NCBI RefSeq assembly: GCF_900187265.1
Contig: NZ_LT906450.1
Span: 981,444 to 1,045,443, forward strand
Direction of reading: 5' to 3'
Source of the DNA: Rhodococcus rhodochrous
Lineage (GTDB): Bacteria; Actinomycetota; Actinomycetes; Mycobacteriales; Mycobacteriaceae
Length of the DNA: 64,000 nucleotides
Below the pieces are notes generated by a model that saw nothing but the letters and a program-made list of their open reading frames with translations, was not told the origin of the DNA and did no database searches. Shown here piece by piece: positions 12,259 through 21,069 of this stretch. Position 1 is the first letter of the stretch. Each line of letters starts with the position of its first letter. The position numbers and the translations under genes were made by a program.

Positions 12259-14058
12259 ATGCCTTCTCCCGTACTGTCCCGGCGCGACCTGGACTTCCTC
12301 CTGTACGACTGGCTCGACGTCGAGTCCCTCACCGCTCGGAGCCGCTTCGCCGAGCATTCCCGCGAGACCTTCGACGCCGTGCTCGACCTGAGCGCCGACA
12401 TCGCCACGAAGCACTTCGCGACCCACAACAAGAAGGGCGATGCCCAGGAACCCCGCATCGGCGAGGACGGTCGCGTCGAGATCATCCCCGAGGTCAAGGA
12501 CGCGCTCGACCTGTTCTGCAAGGCGGGACTCCTCGCCGGCGGGTTCGACGAGAAGCACGGCGGCATGCAACTGCCGGTCACCGTGCAGCGCGCATCGATG
12601 GCGTGGTTCCAGGCCGCGAACGCCGGCACCTCGGCCTACCCCTTCCTCACCGCCGCGAATGCGAGCCTGCTGGTCACCCACGGCAGCGACGAGCAGATCG
12701 GGACCTTCGTGCCGCCGATGCTCGAGGGCCGCTTCTTCGGCACCATGTGCCTGTCCGAACCGCAGGCCGGTTCGTCGCTCGCCGACATCACCACCAGGGC
12801 CGTGCCCGCCGCGGACGGCACCTACCGGCTGACCGGCACCAAGATGTGGATCTCCGGCGGCGACCACGAACTCACCGAGAACATCGTCCACCTCGTCCTC
12901 GCCAAGATCCCCGGCGGACCGGACGGGGTGAAGGGCATCTCGCTGTTCATCGTCCCGAAGTTCCTCGTCGAGGCCGACGGCACGCTCGGCGAACGCAACG
13001 ACGTCGCCCTCGTCGGCCTCAACCACAAGATGGGCAACCGCGGTACCACCAACACCCTGCTCAACTTCGGTGAGGGCGTCCACACCCCCGGCGGTGAGGC
13101 CGGCGCGGTCGGCTACCTGCTCGGTGAGCCGCACAAGGGCCTGTCGTACATGTTCCACATGATGAACGAGGCCCGGATCGGCGTCGGCTTCCTCGCCACC
13201 TCCCTCGGCTACGCCGGGTACCTGCAGTCGCTCGACTACGCCCGTACCCGCGCGCAGGGCCGGCCGCTCGGTGCGAAGGACCCGGCCTCGCCGCAGGTTC
13301 CGCTCGTCGAGCACGCCGATGTGCGCCGAATGCTGTTGGCGCAGAAGTCCTATGTCGAAGGCGCACTCGCGCTGGGGTTGTACTGCTCGAAACTCGTCGA
13401 CGTGCAGCGCACCGCCGAGAGCGACGACGAGCGGACCCGCGCCGGTCTGCTGCTGGACCTGCTCACCCCCATCGCGAAGTCCTGGCCGTCGCAGTGGTGC
13501 CTCGAGGCCAACAGCCTCGCGATCCAGGTGCTCGGCGGCTACGGCTACACCCGCGAGTTCGACGTCGAGCAGTTCTACCGCGACAACCGACTCAACCCCA
13601 TTCACGAAGGCACGCACGGCATCCAGGGCCTCGACCTGCTCGGCCGCAAGGTGATCATGCAGGGCGGTGCCGCTCTCGCGCTGCTCGGCGAAGCGGTGGG
13701 AGAGACGATCACCCGGGCGACGCAGGCCGGGGGCGACGCCGCCGCCTACGCGGAGCAGCTGGGCTCGGCCGTGGCGCGCGTCGCGGAAACGACCGCGACG
13801 CTGTGGTCCACCGGCGATCCTGCTGTGGCCCTGGCCAACTCGTCGGTCTACCTCGAAGCCGTCGGGCACGTGGTGGTGGCATGGATGTGGCTCGAGCAGC
13901 TCCTCGCGGTGGGCGACCGCGAGGGCGACTTCTTCGACGGGAAGCGCGCCGCCGCACGGTATTTCTTCCGCTTCGAACTGCCCAGGACCGGACCGCAGTT
14001 CGATCTGCTCGCGAGTCTCGACCGCACGACCCTCGACGTGTCACCGTCGGTTCTGTAG
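12259..14058 (+). CDS. Acyl-CoA dehydrogenase (long, AidB/FadE-like)
   Basis: 599 aa with ACAD motifs (MCLSEPQAGSSLADITT, TGTKMWISGGDHE, GGYGYTREF). Confidence 0.85.
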   Translation: MPSPVLSRRDLDFLLYDWLDVESLTARSRFAEHSRETFDAVLDLSADIATKHFATHNKKGDAQEPRIGEDGRVEIIPEVKDALDLFCKAGLLAGGFDEKHGGMQLPVTVQRASMAWFQAANAGTSAYPFLTAANASLLVTHGSDEQIGTFVPPMLEGRFFGTMCLSEPQAGSSLADITTRAVPAADGTYRLTGTKMWISGGDHELTENIVHLVLAKIPGGPDGVKGISLFIVPKFLVEADGTLGERNDVALVGLNHKMGNRGTTNTLLNFGEGVHTPGGEAGAVGYLLGEPHKGLSYMFHMMNEARIGVGFLATSLGYAGYLQSLDYARTRAQGRPLGAKDPASPQVPLVEHADVRRMLLAQKSYVEGALALGLYCSKLVDVQRTAESDDERTRAGLLLDLLTPIAKSWPSQWCLEANSLAIQVLGGYGYTREFDVEQFYRDNRLNPIHEGTHGIQGLDLLGRKVIMQGGAALALLGEAVGETITRATQAGGDAAAYAEQLGSAVARVAETTATLWSTGDPAVALANSSVYLEAVGHVVVAWMWLEQLLAVGDREGDFFDGKRAAARYFFRFELPRTGPQFDLLASLDRTTLDVSPSVL

Positions 14059-14562
14059 CGACACCTTCCAGGTGACCGTCAGCGACCCGCCGACCGGTAG
14101 CGCATGCCACCGGTCGGCGTGGTCGTCGAAGGTGGCCACGATCCGGTCGACCACCGGGGTGACATCGTGCGCGGACACATATGCCGGAAGGCTCTGCGCC
14201 AGACCGCGTCGCACCTCCCAGACGGGAACGGCGATGCGCGCCAGTGTCTCCGACCTGATCATGTCGTCCTCTGCGCGCGGCGACATCGCATGCTTCTTCG
14301 AGCGCCGACGCCGACCCGCTCTGGTCCGCTCCGCGTTGTCGACGGGCCAGAACATGCCGTTGTCGCCTGCGGCCAACTGCCCGAAGACTCCGAGTTCGAT
14401 CCCTGCCTCCTTCTCGACCAGCAGGTGCACGAGGTCGTGGGGGAGATAGGGGTGACCGCCCGGGCCGTTGCGCGGAGCGAGCTCCGGACCGGTGTCGCGG
14501 TGCACCGCGATCTCGTACCCGATGCCGGGACCCTTCGTGAAGACGACGCGCATGCTCGTCAC
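14041..14562 (-). CDS. Hypothetical protein
   Basis: 173-aa ORF with high GC3. It is the last gene of a minus-strand operon and overlaps the convergent ACAD 3' end by 18 nt. No family recognised. Confidence 0.45.
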   Translation of the reverse strand: MTSMRVVFTKGPGIGYEIAVHRDTGPELAPRNGPGGHPYLPHDLVHLLVEKEAGIELGVFGQLAAGDNGMFWPVDNAERTRAGRRRRSKKHAMSPRAEDDMIRSETLARIAVPVWEVRRGLAQSLPAYVSAHDVTPVVDRIVATFDDHADRWHALPVGGSLTVTWKVSLQNRR

Positions 14563-14597
14563 GTTAGGCCCCGCGGGTAGGAGATCGCATCCGATTT

Positions 14598-15089
14598 TCA
14601 GGCGGACGCGCGCTCGACGAGCAACGACAGGGCGTGACGCACGGTCTTCGCGAGTACCTTCTCGGGATCACCGTCGAAGCGCTGCTCCTCGCTGCGGGTG
14701 CCGTCCGGACCGGTCGTCGCGAAGCAGACCGTGCCCGGTGGGCGGCCGTCCTGCGGGTCGGGGCCACCGGCCCCGCTCACGGCGACGACGATGTCCGCGC
14801 CCAGAAGGCGGGAGGTGCTCTCCGCCATCGTGCGGGCCGCGCTCTCGCACACGACCGGGCCTTCCGCAACCTCGAGCAGGCCGTACTTGACCTCGCGCGA
14901 GTACGCGACGATGCCGCCGCGGAACCAGTCGGAGCTGCCCTTCGCGGCACCCAGGCGGGCTGCGAGCGTGCCCGCGGTGAGGGACTCCGCGCAGCCGAGC
15001 GTCAGCTCCTTGTCGGAGGCGAGCTGTGCCAGCTGCTCGATCAACTCGTCGGAGGTGTCCGTCCCCTCCACCACGTCGTCATCGGCCAT
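14598..15089 (-). CDS. CinA C-terminal domain protein (PncC-like NMN amidohydrolase family)
   Basis: LTLGCAESLTAGTLAARLG...GIVAYSREVK matches the CinA_C signature. The start is taken as MADDDV. Confidence 0.75.
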   Translation of the reverse strand: MADDDVVEGTDTSDELIEQLAQLASDKELTLGCAESLTAGTLAARLGAAKGSSDWFRGGIVAYSREVKYGLLEVAEGPVVCESAARTMAESTSRLLGADIVVAVSGAGGPDPQDGRPPGTVCFATTGPDGTRSEEQRFDGDPEKVLAKTVRHALSLLVERASA

Positions 15090-15891
15090 GCGTGTCTCCT
15101 TCCAGAGCATCGGGTCGCACCCAGCGGGTGAGCAGGGTGCCGTCGTCGTCGCACACCAGGTGCGCACGTTGCAGGGGTGTCAGAGCAGCGGTCGGCGAGT
15201 GCGCGATACGCGCGGCGTTGCCGGCCGCCAGGACCGGAGCCCAGGTCAGGCACAGCTCGTCGACGACGCCGTCCTCGATCATGCGGCCGAACAGATTCGG
15301 TCCGCCCTCGCACAGCACCCGGAGCCATCCCGCCTCGCCGATCGCCGCGAGCAGGGAGGGCCCGTCGATCGCCGCGTCGGCGATGACGCGGACGTCGCCT
15401 CCGGCGGCCTCCACCGCGCGCCGGGCGGTCTCGGGGGCCCGTGCGGTCGTGAAGACCACGGGCGGGATCGTCGTGTCGGTGAACAGACGCAGCTCGGGCG
15501 GCAGGTCGCACGAGGCGGTCACCACCGCGACCGGCGGTATCGGAGCGAGTCCGGCCTCCTCGCGGCGCGCACGCAAGGCCTCGCCGGTCCGGGCGCCGCC
15601 GTAGTTCTCGGCCCGCACGGTGCCCGCGCCCACGAGGATCACGTCGGCGAGTTCGCGCAGCAACCCGAAGACCTTCTTGTCGGCGGGCGAGCCGAGGGCA
15701 CCGGATCGTCCCTCGACCGCCACGGCTCCGTCGAGGGAGGACACGAAGTTGATCCGCATCCACGGCCGGGACAGATCGTCGGGGTAGGCGTAGAGAGCGC
15801 GCAGCGCCGTGTCGTCCACGTGCTGCGCCGCATCGGTGCCGTCGAGTCGTCGCATGTCGCCGATCAGACCACTCCCGCCCGCCGGATGCAC
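15079..15891 (-). CDS. RibD C-terminal domain / dihydrofolate reductase family protein
   Basis: RibD_C-like motifs (INFVSSLDGAVAVEGRSGALGSPADKKVFGLLRELADVILVGAGT...CEGGPNLFGRMIEDGVVDELCLTWAPV). Confidence 0.7.
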   Translation of the reverse strand: MHPAGGSGLIGDMRRLDGTDAAQHVDDTALRALYAYPDDLSRPWMRINFVSSLDGAVAVEGRSGALGSPADKKVFGLLRELADVILVGAGTVRAENYGGARTGEALRARREEAGLAPIPPVAVVTASCDLPPELRLFTDTTIPPVVFTTARAPETARRAVEAAGGDVRVIADAAIDGPSLLAAIGEAGWLRVLCEGGPNLFGRMIEDGVVDELCLTWAPVLAAGNAARIAHSPTAALTPLQRAHLVCDDDGTLLTRWVRPDALEGDTHGR

Positions 15892-15892
15892 G

Positions 15893-16402
15893 TCACGCGC
15901 CGTGCCCGGCGTCGAGATCGCCCACGGACTTGAAGGTCATGAGGCGGTCCAAGTCGCCGCGGAGCTCACCGCGCTCGGGCTCGAGGAGGAAACCCCCGTG
16001 GTCGCCGGTCGTGAACGTCTCGAGGATCCGGCCGACGAACCACGCACGCGGACCGTCCAGCACGGGCAGACCGTGGGGTCCCTCGCGCCACGAGCAGCGG
16101 TCGAACTTGTCGATGTCGTCGCCGGTGTGCTCGCCGAACAGCGCTGCCAGTTCGCGGTCTGCCGGGGTCAGGACGTGCACGGCGAGGTGCTTCGCCTTCG
16201 ACGCCACCCGGTAGGTCCGGTTCTTGTTCGACAGCGCCACCAGGAAGCGGGCCGGATCGATCGCGGACTGGGTCGCGAAGCCGATCAGGCAACCGCTGCG
16301 TTCCTCGCCGTCGAATGCAGTGACGATGAACATCGGGTAGTCGAGCTGCGAGGCGATGTCCGCGAAACCGTCGGCGGATCCTTCGAGTGGGGCGTCGGCC
16401 AT
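15893..16402 (-). CDS. Flavin reductase family protein (FMN-binding split barrel)
   Basis: Flavin_Reduct-like sequence (YPMFIVTAFDGEERSGCLIGFATQ..., HGGFLLEP). Confidence 0.75.
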   Translation of the reverse strand: MADAPLEGSADGFADIASQLDYPMFIVTAFDGEERSGCLIGFATQSAIDPARFLVALSNKNRTYRVASKAKHLAVHVLTPADRELAALFGEHTGDDIDKFDRCSWREGPHGLPVLDGPRAWFVGRILETFTTGDHGGFLLEPERGELRGDLDRLMTFKSVGDLDAGHGA

Positions 16403-16500
16403 GCGCGGAATCGTACGGCCGTCGCACCGCTGCGGCGGTGGTTCGGCCGCCGTGCGGCTGTGAGTTTGGTCGGTGTGTGACGTGGGGTACCCGGCGCAGT

Positions 16501-17631
16501 ATGGACGCCGAGCACAGAGGTGACGGATCGTCGGGTGCCACGCTTGCCCCCGATGACCCGCGCAAACCCGACTCTCCGACCGATCTGTCCACGCCGTCGT
16601 GGAAATATGTGCTGCGCAGGACGATTCGGGAGTTCAGTCGAGACCAGTGCACCGATCTCGCCGCTGCACTGACGTACTACGCCGTCCTGTCGTTGTTCCC
16701 CGCCCTGCTCGTCGTGGTCTCGTTGCTCGGCGTGTTCGGCCAGGGGCAGACGACGGTCGACACTGTGCTCGGCATGGTCGAGGACCTCGCCCCGTCCTCC
16801 GCCGTCGACACCCTCCGAGGACCGATCGAACAGCTCGTGTCCGCACCGACAGCCGGATTCGCCCTGGTAGTCGGTACTCTGGGCGCGCTGTGGTCCGCAT
16901 CGGGATATGTCGGCGCATTCGGCCGCGCCATGAACCGGATCTACGAGATCGAGGAGGGCCGGCCCGTCTGGAAGCTGCGCCCGCTGATGCTGCTGATCAC
17001 TGCTGTGGCCCTGGTGGCCGCCGGTGCGACCGCCCTGATGCTCGTGATCAGCGGTCCGGTCGCACGCACGATCGGCGACGTCATCGGCCTCGGCGACACC
17101 GCCGTGACGGTGTGGAGCATCGTCAAGTGGCCCGTGATGCTCGCACTGGTGGTCATGATCGTCGCGGTGCTGTACTACGCGACGCCCAACGTGTCCCAGC
17201 CGAAGTTCCGCTGGGTCAGCCTGGGATCGCTCATCGCGATCGTCGTGTGGATCGTGGCCTCGGTGGCATTCGCCTTCTACGTCTCGAATTTCGGCAGCTA
17301 CAACAAGACCTACGGCTCACTCGCCGGCGCGGTGATCTTCCTGCTGTGGTTGTGGATCACCAATCTGGCCCTGTTGTTCGGTGCCGAGTTCGACGCCGAG
17401 ATGGAACGTGGCCGCCAGCTGCAGGCCGGTATGCCTGCCGAGAAGACACTGCAACTGCCCGAACGTGATTCGCGCGTCAGCGAGAAGAACGCCGCCAAGC
17501 TGGAAGAACTCGTCGAGCACGGGCGCAGGCTGCGTGAGGCCCACAGCACCGACAACCCCGACGGCTCCTCCGGAGAGGCGGCCGACCCCGTGGGCCCTAC
17601 CGGGCCCACGACGGAAAGGAATCCGCGATGA
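16501..17631 (+). CDS. YihY/BrkB family membrane protein
   Basis: TDLAAALTYYAVLSLFPALLVVVSLLG...SGYVGAFGRAMNRIYE is the YihY signature. It has multiple TM helices. Confidence 0.8.
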   Translation: MDAEHRGDGSSGATLAPDDPRKPDSPTDLSTPSWKYVLRRTIREFSRDQCTDLAAALTYYAVLSLFPALLVVVSLLGVFGQGQTTVDTVLGMVEDLAPSSAVDTLRGPIEQLVSAPTAGFALVVGTLGALWSASGYVGAFGRAMNRIYEIEEGRPVWKLRPLMLLITAVALVAAGATALMLVISGPVARTIGDVIGLGDTAVTVWSIVKWPVMLALVVMIVAVLYYATPNVSQPKFRWVSLGSLIAIVVWIVASVAFAFYVSNFGSYNKTYGSLAGAVIFLLWLWITNLALLFGAEFDAEMERGRQLQAGMPAEKTLQLPERDSRVSEKNAAKLEELVEHGRRLREAHSTDNPDGSSGEAADPVGPTGPTTERNPR

Positions 17632-18053
17632 CGACACCCGCCGGCAATGCTCGCCCCGTGGCCGAACAACCGAAGAATCTGTCCACGGTCGAGCTCACCG
17701 AGCGACTCACCGAACAGGTCTCGACCCTGGTGCGAACCGAGGTCTCGCACGCGCTCGAGGAGGTCAAGTCCAAGGGCACCCGCATCGGTGTGGGCGTGGG
17801 GATCTCGGGTGCGGGAGCGATCCTGCTCTTCCTCGGTCTGGCGACACTGATCGCGACGGCCGTACTCGGCCTCGCCACGGCCGTCGAACCGTGGCTCGCG
17901 GCCCTCATCGTCGCGCTCGTGGTGCTCGCCATCGGGGGCATCCTCGCCGCGGTCGGGGCCTCGAAGGCGAAGAACGCCGCACCGCCCGTGCCGGAACGCA
18001 CGGCCGCCAGTGTCCGCGCCGACATCGACGCCGCGAAGGGAGCAACGAAGTGA
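17628..18053 (+). CDS. Phage holin family protein (actinobacterial holin-X-like small membrane protein)
   Basis: 141 aa with two TM helices. The start overlaps the YihY stop. This family is usually followed by DUF3618. Confidence 0.65.
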   Translation: MTTPAGNARPVAEQPKNLSTVELTERLTEQVSTLVRTEVSHALEEVKSKGTRIGVGVGISGAGAILLFLGLATLIATAVLGLATAVEPWLAALIVALVVLAIGGILAAVGASKAKNAAPPVPERTAASVRADIDAAKGATK

Positions 18054-18292
18054 CCGCATCCGACAACGGTGGTCGTCCGGACGAGGTGACCGACATCGAA
18101 CGTCAACGGGCCGAACTCGCCGCGACCGTCGGTGAACTCACCGACCGGCTCGACGTCCCTACCCGGGTCAAGCAGTCCGCGGCCGAACGTGCCGAGGAGA
18201 TCCGCAACCGGCCCGATCTGATCGCAGTGGCCGGCGGGGTCGTCGCAGCCGTGCTCGTGCTGGTGCTCGTGAGGCGCAGACGGAGGAAGTGA
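18050..18292 (+). CDS. DUF3618-like small protein with a C-terminal TM helix
   Basis: The GTG start overlaps the holin stop (GTGA). The sequence VTASDNGGRPDEV...QRAELAATVGELTDRLDVPTRVKQ is 80 aa. Confidence 0.55.
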   Translation: MTASDNGGRPDEVTDIERQRAELAATVGELTDRLDVPTRVKQSAAERAEEIRNRPDLIAVAGGVVAAVLVLVLVRRRRRK

Positions 18293-18302
18293 CACGAAAA
18301 CT

Positions 18303-18341
18303 GATCGGGCGGACGGAGACGAGGTCTCCGTCCGCCCGATC
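18303..18341. terminator. Perfect 18-bp inverted repeat (GATCGGGCGGACGGAGAC gag GTCTCCGTCCGCCCGATC). Likely an intrinsic terminator for the minus-strand acyl-CoA synthetase and a bidirectional stop.
   Basis: Read directly from the sequence. For the minus-strand transcript it is followed by AGUUUUCGUG. Confidence 0.6.
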
Positions 18342-18355
18342 CGTGCGGGGTTCGA

Positions 18356-20248
18356 TCAGCCGCCGAGCTGTTCCTTCAGCGCGTCGAGCACGGCCGGGTC
18401 CTCGATCGTCGACGGCACGGTGTACTCCTCGTGGTCGGCGATCTGCCGCATGGTCTTGCGGAGGATCTTGCCGGAGCGCGTCTTCGGCAGGGCCTGGACC
18501 ACGGTCACGTCGCGGAAGGTCGCGACCGCGCCGATCTGGTCGCGGACCATCGTGACGAGTTCCTGTCGCAGGGTCTCGGGATCGATCTCCACGCCGGACT
18601 TGAGCACCACGTAACCCGACGGGCGCTGGCCCTTCAGTTCGTCGCGGATGCCCACCACGGCGCATTCGGCGACGGCGGGATGCGACGCGACCACGGCCTC
18701 CATACTGCCGGTCGAGAGCCGGTGCCCGGCAACGTTGATCACGTCGTCGGACCGGCCGAGGACGAAGACGTAGCCGTCCTCGTCGACGTAGCCCGAGTCG
18801 CCGGTGAGGTAGTAACCGGGGAAGGTGTCGAGGTACGAGCGGCGGTACCGGTCGTCGTCCTGCCACAGGCCGGCCAGCGTGCCGGGCGGCAACGGCAGAC
18901 GGATGACGATGTTGCCTTCGGTGTTCGGATCGACGGGCTTGCCTTCTCCGTCGACGATCTCGACCCGGTATCCCGGCACGGGGACGGTGGGGGAGCCGGC
19001 CTTGAGCGGCATCGGTTCGAGGCCGCGCATGTTCGCGGCGATCGCCCAACCCGTCTCGGTCTGCCACCAGTGGTCGACCACCGGGCGGTCGAGCACCTTC
19101 GTCGCCCAGTGGTAGGTGTCGGGGTCGAGGCGCTCACCGGCGGCGAAGAGCGTCTGCAGCGAGTCGATGGGGTACTTCTTCAGCTCCTCGGCGTTCGGAT
19201 CCGACTTGCGTACAGCGCGAATCGCCGTGGGAGCGGTGAACAGGGCCTTGACGCCGTTCTCGGCGATGATCCGCCAGAACGCACCCGCGTCGGGGGTGCC
19301 GACGGGCTTGCCCTCGTACATCACCGTCGTCGCACCGACCAGCAGCGGGCCGTAGACGATGTAGGAGTGGCCGACCACCCAGCCCACATCGGAGGCGGTC
19401 CACCACACGTCGCCCGGATCGATGTCGTAGATGTTGTGCATCGACCACGTCAGGGCCACGGCGTGCCCACCGTTGTCGCGGACCACGCCCTTGGGCTTCC
19501 CGGTGGTGCCGGAGGTGTAGAGGATGTAGAGCGGATCGGTCGCCGCGACCGTCACGGGCTCGGCGGGGGACGCGTCGGCGCACAGCTCGTCCCAGTCGAA
19601 CCACGCCGCCGAGGACGTCTGGTAGTCGGCCGCCGAACCGGGGATCTGCTCGCGGTTCTTCACGATCACGGTGTGCGGCGGGGTCGGCGACAGACCGATC
19701 GCCTGCTCGACGATCGGCAGGTACTCGACCGTGCGGCCGGGTTCGAGGCCGCCGGAGGCGGTGACCAGCACGACCGGCGTGGCGTCGTCGATGCGGGTCG
19801 CGAGCTCTTTCGCGGCGAACCCGCCGAACACCACCGAGTGCACCGCCCCGATGCGGGCGCAGGCGAGCATCGCGATGGCGGCCTCGGGGATCATCGGCAT
19901 GTAGACGATGACGCGGTCGCCGGCAGCCACACCCTGGTCGCGCAGCACACCGGCGAACTTCGCGACCTCGTCGAGCAGTTCGGCGTAGGTGTACGTGCGC
20001 TTGGCCGGGACCATCGCCGAATCCCAGATCAGGGCCGGACGGTCGCCGTTCCCTGCCTGTACGTGCCGGTCGAGTGCGTTGACGCTGGTGTTCAGCGTGC
20101 CGTCCGGGAACCACTTGTACGACGGTGCCGCCGAGTCGTCGAGGGCTCGCGTCGGCGCGCTCTCCCACTCGACCGCGCGGGCGGCCTCGAGCCAGAATCC
20201 CTCCGGATCCTCGGTGCTCCGGCGGAACGCCTCCTCGTACGAGCCCAT
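18356..20248 (-). CDS. AMP-forming acyl-CoA synthetase (propionyl-/acetyl-CoA synthetase family)
   Basis: 630 aa with Acs/PrpE-like motifs (YTSGTTGKPKGV, WWQTETG, GYYLTGD, SGKILR). Confidence 0.85.
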   Translation of the reverse strand: MGSYEEAFRRSTEDPEGFWLEAARAVEWESAPTRALDDSAAPSYKWFPDGTLNTSVNALDRHVQAGNGDRPALIWDSAMVPAKRTYTYAELLDEVAKFAGVLRDQGVAAGDRVIVYMPMIPEAAIAMLACARIGAVHSVVFGGFAAKELATRIDDATPVVLVTASGGLEPGRTVEYLPIVEQAIGLSPTPPHTVIVKNREQIPGSAADYQTSSAAWFDWDELCADASPAEPVTVAATDPLYILYTSGTTGKPKGVVRDNGGHAVALTWSMHNIYDIDPGDVWWTASDVGWVVGHSYIVYGPLLVGATTVMYEGKPVGTPDAGAFWRIIAENGVKALFTAPTAIRAVRKSDPNAEELKKYPIDSLQTLFAAGERLDPDTYHWATKVLDRPVVDHWWQTETGWAIAANMRGLEPMPLKAGSPTVPVPGYRVEIVDGEGKPVDPNTEGNIVIRLPLPPGTLAGLWQDDDRYRRSYLDTFPGYYLTGDSGYVDEDGYVFVLGRSDDVINVAGHRLSTGSMEAVVASHPAVAECAVVGIRDELKGQRPSGYVVLKSGVEIDPETLRQELVTMVRDQIGAVATFRDVTVVQALPKTRSGKILRKTMRQIADHEEYTVPSTIEDPAVLDALKEQLGG

Positions 20249-20378
20249 CGTTCGTGTCCTTCCTCGACGGCGGTTGTGGCGCGAACCACTCTATGTGACC
20301 TGCAAGGGGGTGGCTGCAGGTCTGCGTCGGACGGCCACAACCACGCGACGAACGGACGAAGTGCCTACCCTGAGCCGC

Positions 20379-21053
20379 ATGACCTCGATCGCGGAAGACC
20401 TGCTGCTCCTGCTGCTCGACGACGAATCGGGAAAGCCTGTCGTCGACGGAGTGAAACTGCCACGCGTTCTCGCGGGTGCGGTGCTCCTCGAGCTTGCCCT
20501 CGACGACGTGGTGGCGGTCGACACCGAGGGGGAGCAGGTGAAGAAGGGGCGGATCGCGATACGCACCGAGGCACGACCCGCCGATCCGATCCTCGCCGAG
20601 GCGGTCGAGCGGCTCGGCTCGGGCAGGCCGGTGAAGCCGACGGCGGCCATCGAGAAACTGCAGAAGGGCCTGCAGGAGAAGCTTCTCGCGCGGGTCGTCG
20701 AGCAGGGCTGGGTCTCGGAGGAGCGCGGGAAGATCCTCGGGGTGTTCCCCACGAAGAAGTGGCCCGCGATCGATTTCACCCACGAACAGCGCGTCCGCGA
20801 CCTGATCCGCGCGGCGTTGATCGACGGCCTGACCCCGGAGCCACGTACCGCGGCGCTGATCGCCCTGCTGTCGGCGGCGGATGCGGCCCCGAAGGTGTTC
20901 CCGGACGCCGACAAGCGAGCGGTGAAGAAGCGGGCGAAGGAGATCGCGCAGGGCGAGTGGGCGGCCAGAGCGGTGCGCGATGCCGTCGCGTCCGTCAACG
21001 CGGCCATGATGGCCGCCGTCGTGGCCGGCGGAGCGGTGGCGGGTTCGAGCTGA
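20379..21053 (+). CDS. GPP34 (GOLPH3-like) family protein
   Basis: MTSIAEDLLLLLLDDESGKP... is typical of GPP34. The start is refined inside the longer ORF. Confidence 0.65.
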   Translation: MTSIAEDLLLLLLDDESGKPVVDGVKLPRVLAGAVLLELALDDVVAVDTEGEQVKKGRIAIRTEARPADPILAEAVERLGSGRPVKPTAAIEKLQKGLQEKLLARVVEQGWVSEERGKILGVFPTKKWPAIDFTHEQRVRDLIRAALIDGLTPEPRTAALIALLSAADAAPKVFPDADKRAVKKRAKEIAQGEWAARAVRDAVASVNAAMMAAVVAGGAVAGSS

Positions 21054-21069
21054 TCCGGATCGCGCCGCG

